Source: Zygnema circumcarinatum SAG 698-1b
Taxonomy: Eukaryota; Plantae; Zygnematophyceae
Assembly: GCA_037447605.1 (NCBI GenBank)
Contig: CM074809.1
Coordinates: forward strand, 796,689-860,688
Direction: 5' to 3'
Length of the DNA: 64,000 nt
The first letter of the stretch is position 1, and each line of letters starts with the position of its first letter. A program made the position numbers and the translations under genes. The notes below the pieces were generated by a model that was not told the DNA's origin, ran no database searches, and saw nothing but the letters and a program-made list of their open reading frames with translations. Below, in pieces: positions 24,280 to 36,392 of the stretch.

Positions 24280-25784
24280 ATGGTATCGCGGATGGAAGAG
24301 GCGAAGGGGGAGCTCCTGCGGGTCCGCCGGGACATCGCCAGCATCGATGAGCAGCTGGAGAGAGTGCAGAAGGAGTTGGAGAGAGCGGTAGACTTCTCGG
24401 AGAAAGAGAGAGACGACGTGCGAGCCATTCGGAGCACGCTTTGGAAGGAGAAGGAGCAGCTGAGGGAGCAGGAGACTCTCTTTCTAAAGACGCTATTTGT
24501 GGAAATGCCGGCCGCACCGCCCATGAATTACAACGGAAGTAAGTTTTCGTTGATGCCCTGGGGCTTTTTACTTTTGAATTTATTGAAGAATTCACTGCTG
24601 TGGTGTACAATTTGATTCGGATGATTTGCGCCTTGTGAGACTTCATTTATGTAAAGTTGGAAAGCACATTTTTCTACGGAATAACCATTTATTGTTGCTC
24701 TTCTGGTTCGCATTTTGAAGGGTACACGGAATCAATCCGCAGATTCTGAGATATTCCGAAACGAGGCGAAAATATAATTCGAGCTAGTTTAAGCACACTT
24801 AAAATGTTGTTAGAAAATTAGGCATTATCGGTCGATAATGAGATCAACACCGAGATGAGTGGCACTGTCACTCAATTGCGTCATAAAATAATTGACATAC
24901 TTGCAAAATATTCTTGTTTGAAGTGAACTCTGAAGCAAAAATTTCCTGCTTGTATACCAGATTATGCTTCCAATGGCACTACTTTACTTCCTCTTCTCCC
25001 TCGTCCTTCGGGGCTGAAGCCAACACAAGCGTCGAGCAGGAGAGGGAACCGTCGTAGAGCAAACTCCATGGGCCAGCAGGCCAATCCTGGTCTGCCACCT
25101 GGCTCTCTGGCAGACCCCCATGCAGCAGATCTTCTCACCTTTGAAGCAGAATTTGCAAATGAAGGCGGGTATGAAGTGAACCGAAGTTCAGAGTGTAAAG
25201 TGATCGATGTGTGGAGAGAGTGGAAGGAGGGATTAAATGGCGGCCCCTCAATCGAAAAACTGGAGGAAGCGAGAAAGAGAGATCGAAAGCTGATTTGGTG
25301 GAAACATAAGAACGACTACAAGTATTGGAGCAAGCAGGTGCGTGGTAATGTATAAGGACATCACTTCAGCACAATTTATGGAAACTGAATCTTAATGTAA
25401 ATTGTGTACTCCTAGGTCATGAATACTATAACCAACGAATAAAACGAGTTTATGTAAGAAAGGCGTTGAAACGAGTGTTGAAATGTGGTGCGGGGTGGGC
25501 AGATGCGCATAATTCATGCAGTCGAGCAAAAGGCGGTGGAATATGGTGGAAATGTGGACGCAGGGATTCAGTTCTGGGAGGAGATTCTTCGTGTCGAGTT
25601 TGAAGGCAGCATTTCGAAGCTTCGAGAGGCATTAGGGGGTGAAAAAATGAGCGCAGAGAACCGGGAAATGGGTGTGGTAGGAGAATTTTCTGTCTCAAAG
25701 AGGCAACGGAAGGAACTTCTCCAGCAGGGCCTTGAACGGTTGAAAGGATGGCCTGATCCTCAATCAGCTGCAGGCCTCATATAA
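24280..25784 (+). CDS. 305-aa protein: N-terminal coiled coil plus GCR1_C-like (PF12550) DNA-binding domain
   Basis: Exons 24280-24538, 24961-25337 and 25503-25784 splice in frame (phases 1 and 0). VIDVWREWKEGLNGGPSIEKLEE...WW..DYKYWSKQMRIIHAVEQ...SISKLREAL matches the GCR1_C pattern (V.dlW.EW..Gl.g.PSi..Le..W...R..I....SL.kL). Confidence 0.75.
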
Positions 25785-26859
25785 CCAAGGAAGAGAGACC
25801 TGCTGCCATGAAGGGTTGGGTTGGGGGCTTAGTATGGCAGGATGGCAGCTTCCTTGGACAGCTCGATGTGTTTGAAGGGGGGCACACCTCCGTGTGCATT
25901 GTGAGTTGTGGGAAGTTATTGCCCTAGTTCAGGTCGAGGTTGGGATCGACAGCCCACGTATTTTTTTTACAAAGTTGACTGTTGGAGGCATACAGTGTGA
26001 ATTTATCGCCGTAGGCCTCCCAACATTGTACAAGTAGGAAACGTATATTCGGGAATGGTGCTTACAGTTTATAGCTGGTTGACAACAGAGGCTTTTTCGC
26101 TCTTTCTCGGGTTTCCTGGTAGCTAGTCGTGGACACTTAGTGGATGGAAACTCTATCGTGTCTTAAGAGCAGGCAATAGGCAGTAACTTTCGTTTCAAGG
26201 AAAGTGAAAATTTTCACCTCACCTTTTGGGAATAGGACGTGTATATTTTGGCCGACGACTTTAAGGAATGTGAGGAAAAGTAGTCTGCAGGAAGTTTGCA
26301 GATCGCTTTTGAAGTGTGCGAGCGATTTTTTCTAACTTGTGATACTGCTTTTACTTCACTTTCTTGTAAATTTTAATAACAACTTGCTTTGCAACTGTAA
26401 GTATTGCCCTGATGGCGCAGTTCCAGGTATTATAGTCGATCGAACGTCACATGAAAGTTATTCACTGAAATTCAGCAACTTTTAGTCATATCTGACTAGT
26501 GGCTGGTAACTACCACTCTACTTTGCTCATATTATTGAGCCGCTTCCAGCACAAAAAGCATTGGTGGTTGATTTGCAATTTTTTCTTAGCCTGAACTAAT
26601 TGAAACATGGAAACCTTGAGGTATGAAAGTCACGGAGAGTCTCTTGATTATAAGACCATCAGGGAGGCGCAGGAACTTCAGACTTGTCAATTTGCCTTTT
26701 CAACTTGTTCAGACGGAAGTACTTTTTGCTATTGCTACTCATTTGGGAAAGCGTGTACTATCAGAGGTGGCTTGTCAGTATAAAAACAAGACAAGAAAAT
26801 GTCTTCCACGATAAAATAGCAAAGCGGACAAACCACGAGACGTTGAGAAAATACCTGTG

Positions 26860-27286
26860 CCCTCGTCCCCTCCCCTTCCATTCTCCCTCCCTCCATCCCC
26901 CCTTCCATTCCTCCTCCCTGACTCATGCCATCATCCCTCCCTCCTTTCCCCCTTCTATCCGTCTCCCCTCCCTCCGTCCCCCGCTCCTCCCTTCATCCCT
27001 ACCCTAATCCTTTCCTGCCTCCATCCTTCCATCCCTCATCCCTACCATCCCTCCGATCGTACCTCCCTCCATCCCTACCTCCCTCTTACCTTCATGCGTC
27101 CCTCTCTCACTCCCTCCATCCATACCTCTATCCCTACCATCCTTCCCTACCACCCTCCGTTCCTACCTCCTTCCATCCCTCCTTCCATCCTTACCTCCCG
27201 CCTTCCCCCCCTCTCTCCTTTCCTCCCTCCCTCCCTCCATCCCTCCCTCCTTCCGTCCCTTCCTCCTCCATTCCCTCCCTCCCTCT
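26860..27286. repeat. ~430 bp C/T-only low-complexity tract (CCTCC-rich)
   Basis: Near-pure pyrimidine on the + strand, downstream of the ENR stop codon. Confidence 0.95.
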
Positions 27287-27620
27287 CACGAAGTTGAACG
27301 GAAAGTACAACGGCTGGCAAGCACAGCCAACCTCCCATCTTTACAAAAGGCACATTGGAGAGATCCACGACTCGGTGCATCCTGCCTTAGGAAGGACGTG
27401 AAGTCCTCATTCAGACACGGAAAGGAAGGAAGGCCTGCACTATTGGTTGAGGGCGTTGGGCCATACAAGCCTTTGCAAGCATATGGACAAAAAACTACCC
27501 TTCTATTTTCTAATCCGCACTCCCAGCTATAGGCCAGGTGAAGCAGAAACCCTTAAGGCCTAAGGTTTGGGTTACACGAACCGACGTGTGAGACTGGTGT
27601 TCTTTCTCACTTACTTCTAA

Positions 27621-30600
27621 TCAGGCTGATGTTGTGACTGTTTCCGGAACTTCAGCCGGTTTCGCGAGCGTTTGACTGTCAACGGCAAGCCCCATGGCAT
27701 GGAATCCGTTGTCAACGTAAAGAGTGACCCCTGTAATGGATGATGCGAGGGGCGAAGACAGGAACGCTGTAGCCACACCAACTTCATCTGCAACATGGAA
27801 ACAGGTTTAAAGGATCAGGCTGCAAACAAGTAGTCGATGTTTAGGCTTTTGAAACAAACAGTGAACTATGACGGCTACAAGTACAATTTTCTTCCAAGTA
27901 TAAGTGCTTCTACGCCTGAGATTGATTTGCAGTTGCGCCACTGTTGGGTAAGATGACCAGGCTCTCCATGAGCTAAACTTGATTTGGACCACTGGACTGG
28001 ACTGGATTATCGCCAGATTAAGGACAAAGGGTCATGTAACGACAAGCTTGATTTTAAGCCCATCAAGTACCCGTTCCTTTTTTTGTTGCGATACATTTCA
28101 TATCCTATTATACCAGCACGTTCTTAACAAAAAGAATGAAAGGATACCACCTATAAATATGTATGGAATCTCATACAAAATAAACGAAATAGATAGATAC
28201 ATGATTCATCGAAGGCTCTGATTGGAAGGACATGTTCTTACAAGCATCAAGCTCTTTCGGAAGTGGAGAATTGGCGGTGGAATAGTTGATCATGTCATCA
28301 ATGAACCCGATCGCCTTTGCAGCTCGGCTCCTCAAGGGACCTGATCCACCCACACAGAAACGTGCATCAGTCAACTACCCACAATAATCAATACTCAAAT
28401 TACTCAGTAACCTGCTTCCATGATTCAGGTGAACCACGATTTCAGTCATGTACATGTTTCAGTCTGACTAGTTAAACTAATGTGTACAGTCCTGTGAATG
28501 CTGCCGATGAGAATGCAGCTTCTGTGCAATTTGCACATTTCCAAATCCTGGCATATGCTGAAGGTCTGAGCTTGAAAAACGAAGATTCTGCATTTTCGAG
28601 CACTCTCTGGACCTCTGTGGACGTTTGATTCAAGGATGCTTTAATATAGTTTTGAACCCTCAATGTGTTTTCAAAGTGACACCTAACCAGGTCTTCACGC
28701 TAAGCTCATCCGAAATATTTCCAGTTTCTTCACTTTTAAATACGACAAACTCAAGGAAAAAGGCCATTACCAGCTGAAATAGTATTAACACGAATGCCCC
28801 ACTTTCGACCAGCCTCCCATGCCAACACCTTCGTATCACTCTCCAGTGCTGCTTTAGCGGAGCTCATCCCACCACCATACCTGAACAAGCACATGAAATC
28901 AGCCACAGTTTGTCATCAGAACCAGTGCAAGTCCAAGTTGAGCTCATGCTTTTGTGTCGACTTGTGACCTTTGCCTAATGAGTTCTATCTTCATGAATGT
29001 GAAAGTGAAAAGGGAACCGAAGGAGTTGCATATCTAACTGATGAAACACCTGTGGCTTGGAATATCCAACGAGAAAAATCTCCGCAATCTTAGCTAGCGG
29101 AGCCTTGAACTTAGAATATATAGTTACAATAGCTCATTGCTGTTCATGCTTTAAGCATTTCTTAAAAAATGGCGAGACATTACCTTAAGTACCACCCATG
29201 ACATTAATCTACAATTCAAACCAGAGGCTCTAAGCCTTGCCTATCTCCCGACTTCTGGTTACATGTTTATTGTATCCACATTCATCTTTTCTTCAGATCA
29301 AGTCCTCAGGTCCTTGTCATGTATACATCAGCTTCAAGGCGAGCTCACCCAGGAATAACCCGTTCGGAGGCAATGTAAGTGAGAGAAACGACAGAGCTCC
29401 CTGCAAAATCACGAAAATGAGGCCCACAGTCGCAAAGTTGAGCTTAAGCCCTATGTAGCCGCCAGAGAAAAAGTAAGGGTTGTTCGGGAACCTATGGTTT
29501 CATAATCTGCATCGCATGTGCGAAACAGACCAAAACTGAAACAAATACAACACTTCCAGGATACACATTTTCTCGGGCATTTGAAGTATCGAGTGGTAGG
29601 AAAATCTTTTCAATAGATAGAGAGCAAGTGATGCCCATTGACCCAGATGGTTAGAAGGAACTCACCTGGATTCATTATGGGACCAAACTTTTGCACAAGT
29701 GTGATAAAGCTGTATGTTGATGCAGATACGGCAGCAAGATACCCTTTCCGGGATGTTTCCAACAAAGGTTTTTGCACCTGCAGAATAGGGCGTGGGACAT
29801 GAAACAAGAACTTTACGGAACTCCAAAGGCAGCCTGCATGGAGTCATTAATGCTTTTCGCCTGAAAGATACCTCTTTGTCTTGCACTACACCACTACAGT
29901 AACCCTGACAGCGAGTATTAAATAAATTTTCAAACAGGGCAATGAAGAGAAAATATTGCTCACTTCTGGGCCATTGGCAAGGGAGTGGACCAAAATGTCA
30001 ATGCTTCCATAGTCCTCCTTCACCTTATCAGCCAGTTCCTGCAACAGCATGAATCATTTCCTTGAGTTAAGAATGAAAAGCCGCAAGAGATTCGCGTGTG
30101 GATGTGGTGTCCCTCCACTGTTTAGCTTCAGAGCTCTCCTTCAGCAACAGTAAGGAGACTGAATGAAAGATTTATATCGAATTACTGCCAGAGATAGAAA
30201 CACATACACGGTACCAGAAGCAGGCCAGCCATATTCCAAACAAAATGGGCCAGCTCATCAAACATTGCCATGAATGGAGTGTACACAAAAAGAAGGGAAA
30301 GTGCAGCTGAGAGTCAATAAAGCATTATTTAAAACCTCAGCAAAATTAATATTCTCCAAAATGCCATATTTATGAATGAACTCAATGCACTTTTGCTGTC
30401 GAAAGTTCTTCAAGTGGCAAGCTTTCAAGGTCAACGCAAAACGACAGACAGTGGACCTGGTGCACAGCATGTGCAGTTCAAGAAAGTCAGGCTATCAAAA
30501 AAGTGATGATGAACTAGGAGCAATTTGGCCCACACGAACAGAAAAATGTATACGGAGGTGAAGACACCGAGAAAAAATTATGACTGGCTTGTCTTATTTC

Positions 30601-32678
30601 TCTTCAATGAGTTAGGGAGGTGCCAAAGCTTTAAAATCTCCGCGGCAGTACTGTCAAAAATAATGGAAAGTCATGAGGAACCCTTGGGGAGGGATAGGCG
30701 TGTACCTGAACTGTCCATCCAGAGGCACCGGCATACCTCTTGTTGTTCTTGATCTGCAAGACCAAGCCCAACCTTTCCCTCGTTCCTATCAGTTCTTGAA
30801 GCTGTGAAGCCTAAACTAGGATGTCAGGAATATTTATCAGATATGAGCAACAACTACATATTTAACCAGAAAGGCTCCAAGATTAATCAATTTTCGCGTA
30901 CAGTCAAGCATATCTGCCGACTTCACTATTCAAAATGGAAGCGTAAGACGTGGAGAGTAGATAAGCATACGTCTTCAGGTACATCCTCTGCTGTATCGAA
31001 CACAGCATCCATTGCGTAAACCTTCGCAACTTCCAGCAAGGAGCCATTCGCCAGCCTGCAAACAAAACAATAACGCGTCGTAACTCGATCGGCATGGCAT
31101 ACGAACTGAAACAGTGCAACTGGTGCTGTTCACAGCAATATACATTGTCAAAGAGTGGAAAACCTTTGCTACCTTTAACCGTCATCTTCTCCTAATTGTG
31201 TCATGGTATGGCCATCAACAAATTCTGTCAAGAGAGACCACAAAGAAAGGAGACCATCGACGAAGAATGAAAAACTTCGGTGTGGTCTTGAATTCATGCC
31301 TCACTATAGAAGTCAAGAGACCGTAACTTACTTGCGGGATTCGTCAAACTTGCCACGTCGCAGACTTGTCTCAAAAATATTAAGTGCCTGCCACCAGAGG
31401 TAATATGGCAGTCAGTTTTAGCTTCCATCATAATTATGTGAAATTCAAGTTCCTCCAGATATCGGAACAATATGGAGCTCCTTTCTCGCTATGCATAGCA
31501 CCAATGGGCTTTTTTTTGCTTGCCGACATACGGAGAGGAGATGGAAGCATCAGCTAATGCTCCGCTAACGTTCTGGAAGAAATTACCTCCTTTGATTCTA
31601 CCCCTGCGAACTTGGACTGTGTTTTTCAATCTGCTAAGAATAGGCCAGTAATATCCAAACACAGAACCATACGTGGAAACTACCTGAAACTCCACATTGA
31701 CAATATACGCTGTAAAGAAAACATGATGGATACTGAAATAGCTTCTTGAATGCGCCTGAATGCAAAAAGCACGTGTAGAATTGCATTTGCTTTAAGGTAA
31801 CTAGAGGCAGAAAAGTCAATGCGGGCCGGCAAAGAAATCCCAAGAAACCAAATGATTAAGTTTGAAACACATGAGGTGAACCCATCAAGTCCATACCGGA
31901 ACCCAAGTTCCAAGAAGAATCTCCGCTCCAGCTTCAGCGAGCGCCTTTGTGATTGCCCAGCCAAAGCCCTGGTCGTCAGCTACGCCAGCAATGAAGGCGC
32001 GTTTACCTGTAGGAAAGCAGTTTCACGGCTTTATATTTCTTGTTTTGTCGACTACTTTGGCAGATTACGTCCGGCTTCAGCCAAACTTTTCAGTTGCAAG
32101 AGCTAGTTACATGAAGGAGCACATCTTGGCATTCAGTTTTTAAATGCTCGTGAAACAGCCAGAAAGGGCATCACCACCCTTCTGTTCTTGTACTTCAAAA
32201 AAATGAGCTTAGTTTAACAAAGAAAGCAGAAAAGCGTTTGCTTACAACCTTCAAGATTTGACGCTTCAACCGCATTAAACTAACCAATAGTGGAATCTCC
32301 TGAAGACATTAACACAGCAATCATAAACACATTTACATCAATCAGGCGTTACTCGGCTACACTGGATAGCAGGCACCTACCCCTCAAATCAATCGGCAAT
32401 CCCCCATAAGAAGATGCCCCATTGGTTGAAGCAGTGATCTCGCCACTGTGCCTTCTGCTAGTATAACGGCTGTTAGCTGGCACTACAGCTGGCTGCTGAA
32501 GCCTCTTCGAAGCACCGATGAACTGAGAGCAGAGAGCATTCGCGATAGAGCTAGTATGCCTCCTCGAGCAAGCATAAAGAGTTTTTGTCCCAATGTTTGA
32601 CGTGCTCGCTCTCGCAACCACTGACGGCAAAGCCCCCGTAGGCACGAGATTCACTGCTCCCACAGCCATAGCTGCCAT
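27621..32678 (-). CDS. MOD1: Plastid enoyl-[acyl-carrier-protein] reductase (FabI/MOD1)
   Basis: Transit peptide MAAMAVGAV, then [44 protein letters not shown], and a last exon [32 protein letters not shown] ending at TGA 27621. Multi-exon; 5'UTR intron at ~32767-32698. Confidence 0.95.
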
Positions 32679-33465
32679 TCTGCTGCTCTCGCAAGCCTGA
32701 CAGAGAAGCACAGGAAGGCTTGTGAGCTGTTAAAGATGTGGCGAAGAGGAAGGAGGAGAACCCTTACGGCTGTGGTCGCCAAACCAAGAGCAGCCCCGTC
32801 TTGCAAGGAGTTCCCCCTTCATGGTTCCAAACCTTGGAGCCTTACACCCGGTTTGCAACCAAAAACTCAAGTTTTCGGCCCTCCTAACTCGAGTACAGAA
32901 AGTTTGCAGCTGGCTTACGTTTTCTTACGTCATATTCAAAAGTTTAAAACAATTTGCAGTTTTATCCGTCCTTCTCGGGCAGTTTCTTACAGAAAATATG
33001 ACTAATCTCGCCAATGGATCGCTGTCACGTGTCGAAAGGTTTTTTTTTCTTTGAGCCGACATCTGCCATAGATAAATTGCTCCCTGAAAACCGCGAACCC
33101 AAGTGACGTCATCACCGAATGTCTTTATCCATCCAACGGACAAATCCTGCCCGAAATCAACACTTTCTGGAAGATATATCCCCTTTGTACCCATCCCAAT
33201 GGGGGTTTTGCGTCGCCACGTGGCGGCACGCCGCGCGGCGCTGGCTGGCTCCCTCCGGGCGCGCTGATTGGCGCGGGCGGGCGAGCGGGCGGCCAATGGG
33301 AGGGGCCGCGCGCCGCTCGCGCTCCACGTGGCGGGGGGCGCGGGGTGGAACGGGGCACATGCGGGGATTACTGCTGTCTGTGGAACTGCTGGACAGAGAG
33401 CGGTCGCTGTCCATGGAGCGCGAACACAAGGAGGTTTGTCTGGGAGGGTCTGGTGGCGAAGGGCG

Positions 33466-34229
33466 GACCGTTGGATCAACTGTTGGATCGACCGTTGGAA
33501 CAGCCAACCACTGGGAATGGATTGGTTGCCAATGGTTCGAACATTGGATTTTGAAGTTTTTTTGGACTACCATTGCTAACCATTGGTGATACATGTGTTT
33601 TGCCAAATTTTTCTTGGAAATCAAGAATGTTCTAGCTCTCTGACTGTAGTGCAGGATAGAGGCGTGGCAATAGTTAGTTGATAGTTCAGTTGAAAATCAA
33701 GCTGAATATTACTTCGGGAGGAGCTTGGCAGTGTTTCCAAACGTTGGCAATGGCCAGCCTTCAATTTCAATGATCGCAGCCATTGCTTTAGCGGATCAGC
33801 AACCATTGAATCCAGTGGTTCGAACCGTTGCCAATGGTTGGCTGAGTCCGTCGCCATGATCCGAACTATTAGATGCATCCAATGGAAAGGAGGATGGTAT
33901 ATTGAACTCACGATGGCAAGGCCATCGTTACATGAAAAAAACCAACATCGGGAACCGAAAGGAGCGGTCACAATGGACGAAAGGACAAAGAAAAAGCTTC
34001 AGAACGGATGTCTACTCCTAGGCTCAACAACACGGTACTAGAAGCAGCCGCGAAGGTCGCCAATGGCGCAAAGCATTGCCAATGGTCGGAAACATTACCA
34101 AAACTGAACCATCCATCCATTCTTTGCACCCATCAGCAATGGGTGTCAACCATTGCAGCCATTCCAATGGTTGGTTGCAATGGTTCGCGCCAGTACTCCC
34201 ACATGCGGCATGCCACATGTTCCCCATTG
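33466..34229. repeat. Dispersed array of CAATGG/CCATTG motifs, starting with three tandem 12-bp GACCGTTGGATC-type units
   Basis: About 16 copies of the hexamer in both orientations within ~700 bp; 33466-33501 reads gaccgttggatc aactgttggatc gaccgttggaac. Confidence 0.8.
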
Positions 34230-34670
34230 CAGAACGATGCCAAAGTTTTGAACGAGATCCATCCGTACACTCTGCGCCGTATGGCCGTTTTCTCATGTCG
34301 GTGTGTCCGCCGGATTCGGCATGGGGGGCTATGAGACCGTCCCCAGAAGCGTACCTACATGTCCGTATTATAGAAAAAGGGAGTCGTGCCGTCCTTGCAT
34401 AGAATACCGCCTTCCTGCACCACCGCCTGGCGTCGCTTTCTCCCTGCAACACTGACCTCCTTGTAAGTCCGCTGGAAGCTTTCACCCAGAAAAGTCCGCG
34501 CTTTCTCCCTCGGATTGAGCAGGACTCGGGAGACTTGTGGAGCCTGATGTCAACCTGCCACTATGGGCAACAAATTTGATTTCTCTTTGGTTTTCTTTGG
34601 TTCTTTGTATACTTGATTTGTCTTTATATATGGAAGTGAGACTGTGAAGTACGTTCGAAAGCAGGAGAAT

Positions 34671-36392
34671 ATGGCGGAGTATATGGCACGTCAGCGCAAG
34701 AATGTGGGCAGAAGTGCAGGCATCCAAGGCGGGAATGATGCAGGAAGCAGTTTGTCTGCAGATCTTCCACCTGCTGCAGTTTCCAATGGCCAGTGTGACA
34801 ACGATTCACGGAATTCTCAGGTGTTAGTCTGATAGGCTGTCTCTCCCCGTGCAGTCGATTAAGCTATCAAGGCTTTGCTGTTGCTGATTTTTCTTTCAAG
34901 AATTTCGTGCGAGCTATGACGCATCGGTACTAATGAAAAGTAGCTCTGGTCTTGGTCAAGGTCCACGTTCGCCGATGTCCTGGCCGCCAAGTGTTGTATT
35001 GAGCCCGACGTGTCTCCATATCTTATGAGCATCTCGCAAAAGGATTTTCGTCGTATGCTATTTTTTAGTGCTCTCTCGTCAGGACGAGCAGCAAAGCAAT
35101 GGCTGCCAAGTAGAGAATTGAATCATCTCATAACGTTCCATTGCCTCCTTTAATTGGACACTTATTTCCTTAGTTTGCGAATCGAACTCCTGCTGTCCAT
35201 CTGAATTTCAATTCTCTCGTGCCTTTCGTATTAGTTGCAGTATTAACTGAAGCAGAACGGAAACTCCATACGTGCAGGCTTTGTACACCAGCTTCGTAAA
35301 TGTGTATGTGCATGGTGTTTTTTTTATATGTTTGTCGATATTGGTCAATTTATAGCAGCAAAAGACTTCGTCTTGCAACATCGTTCATCATTTCTTACAA
35401 AGCTTCATCTTTTCCTCATGACCGTCTTAAGGAATCGGTTTTTCTATTAATAATGATGAAGTAAAGTCCAAGTATTTAACAGACCTCCTACTGTTGGCAT
35501 TGACCTACTGCTAGCCATTGCGTCTTAATGCTGGTTGAGCTCACGATGAACATTGGTTCGAGCTTTTTTGTTCTTTGCCAGGTGTCAGCCGATGATAGAG
35601 ATCAGTCAGCTGTTACCCCGGAACCCCTCGCAGTCCCCCTTGCTTTCCTTGGTCGAATGTGGGCTAAGTTCGAGAGACTAGTTTTTCAGTTCAATGTGAC
35701 CTTTGGACTTTACATGCTGGATTGGTGGGAACGCGCTATTTGCTGTATCCTTCCATCAACAGTGCCTTCTTCTCGCTATGCCCTAGTACCACTGAGGTCT
35801 CGTTTCTTTGCTGTGACTCAGTTTACATTGACATATTCTTCAACTTGTCTTTGTCCTTGTCTGTCTTGAAGTAGTTTGTATATTTAGTTCGCATGTCAAA
35901 GCATTTAGAACAAGGCAGGGCCTGCCTGCGTACGGTACGGTTCTTGTTGCTAGAGGACACATGTGGTCACGATGTTTTTAAATGGGCATGCGTATGACTG
36001 CATACTAGAATCTTTTGCACTGAAAGCATGGTCTTCTGTAAGTCACTTTCATTAAACCAAGGCCTATCTTTAATCCGCATAATCAGATGTGGTGGCCCTG
36101 CTTCTCCTCTGGTTTTTGCTGACCATGAGCTGCCGGTTCCTCGTCAGTTCTTATTTCAGGTGAGGCTTGCTACTTTTCTCGTGGTTTCTAGCGGGTTTTC
36201 CTTTTTATGCATAGTGGGTCTACATATAACTTTGATGAAAGGATTTGTTCCATTTTGACTTGGCCGTGCCTGGTCTCAGCATTGATTATAAAGTCGATTC
36301 TCTAGTTTCCTCTACAATTGTCCTCCAGGTTTTGGTGCAACTTAATCAGCAGCTTCGTTTTTGAAGAGATAATGCAGCAACCACAAACTTAG
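34671..36392 (+). CDS. ssSPT: Serine palmitoyltransferase small subunit with an N-terminal extension
   Basis: Exons 34671-34820, 35582-35744, 36087-36159 and 36329-36392. Family motif FNVTFGLYMLDWWER followed by a hydrophobic helix. An internal ATG at 35657 matches the usual start position. Confidence 0.85.
35745..36086 (+). other. U12-type (minor spliceosome) GT-AG intron
   Basis: 5' end GTATCCTT; branch-like TCTTTAAT about 13-20 nt before the AG; no polypyrimidine tract; splicing restores the ssSPT frame. Confidence 0.8.

Noticed and set aside
23400-26600. Complete Crypton/tyrosine-recombinase element around the GCR1_C gene
   Set aside because: No recombinase-like reading frame (R..H..R..Y) or terminal repeats seen in the flanks.
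26857-27401. Long Pro/Ser/Leu-rich ORFs (146 and 158 aa)
   Set aside because: Artefacts of the C/T-only tract, which lacks stop codons; no domain-like sequence.
33534-33826. GGTTCGAAC motifs resembling tRNA T-loop/B-box
   Set aside because: No cloverleaf or A-box; they are part of the CAATGG array.
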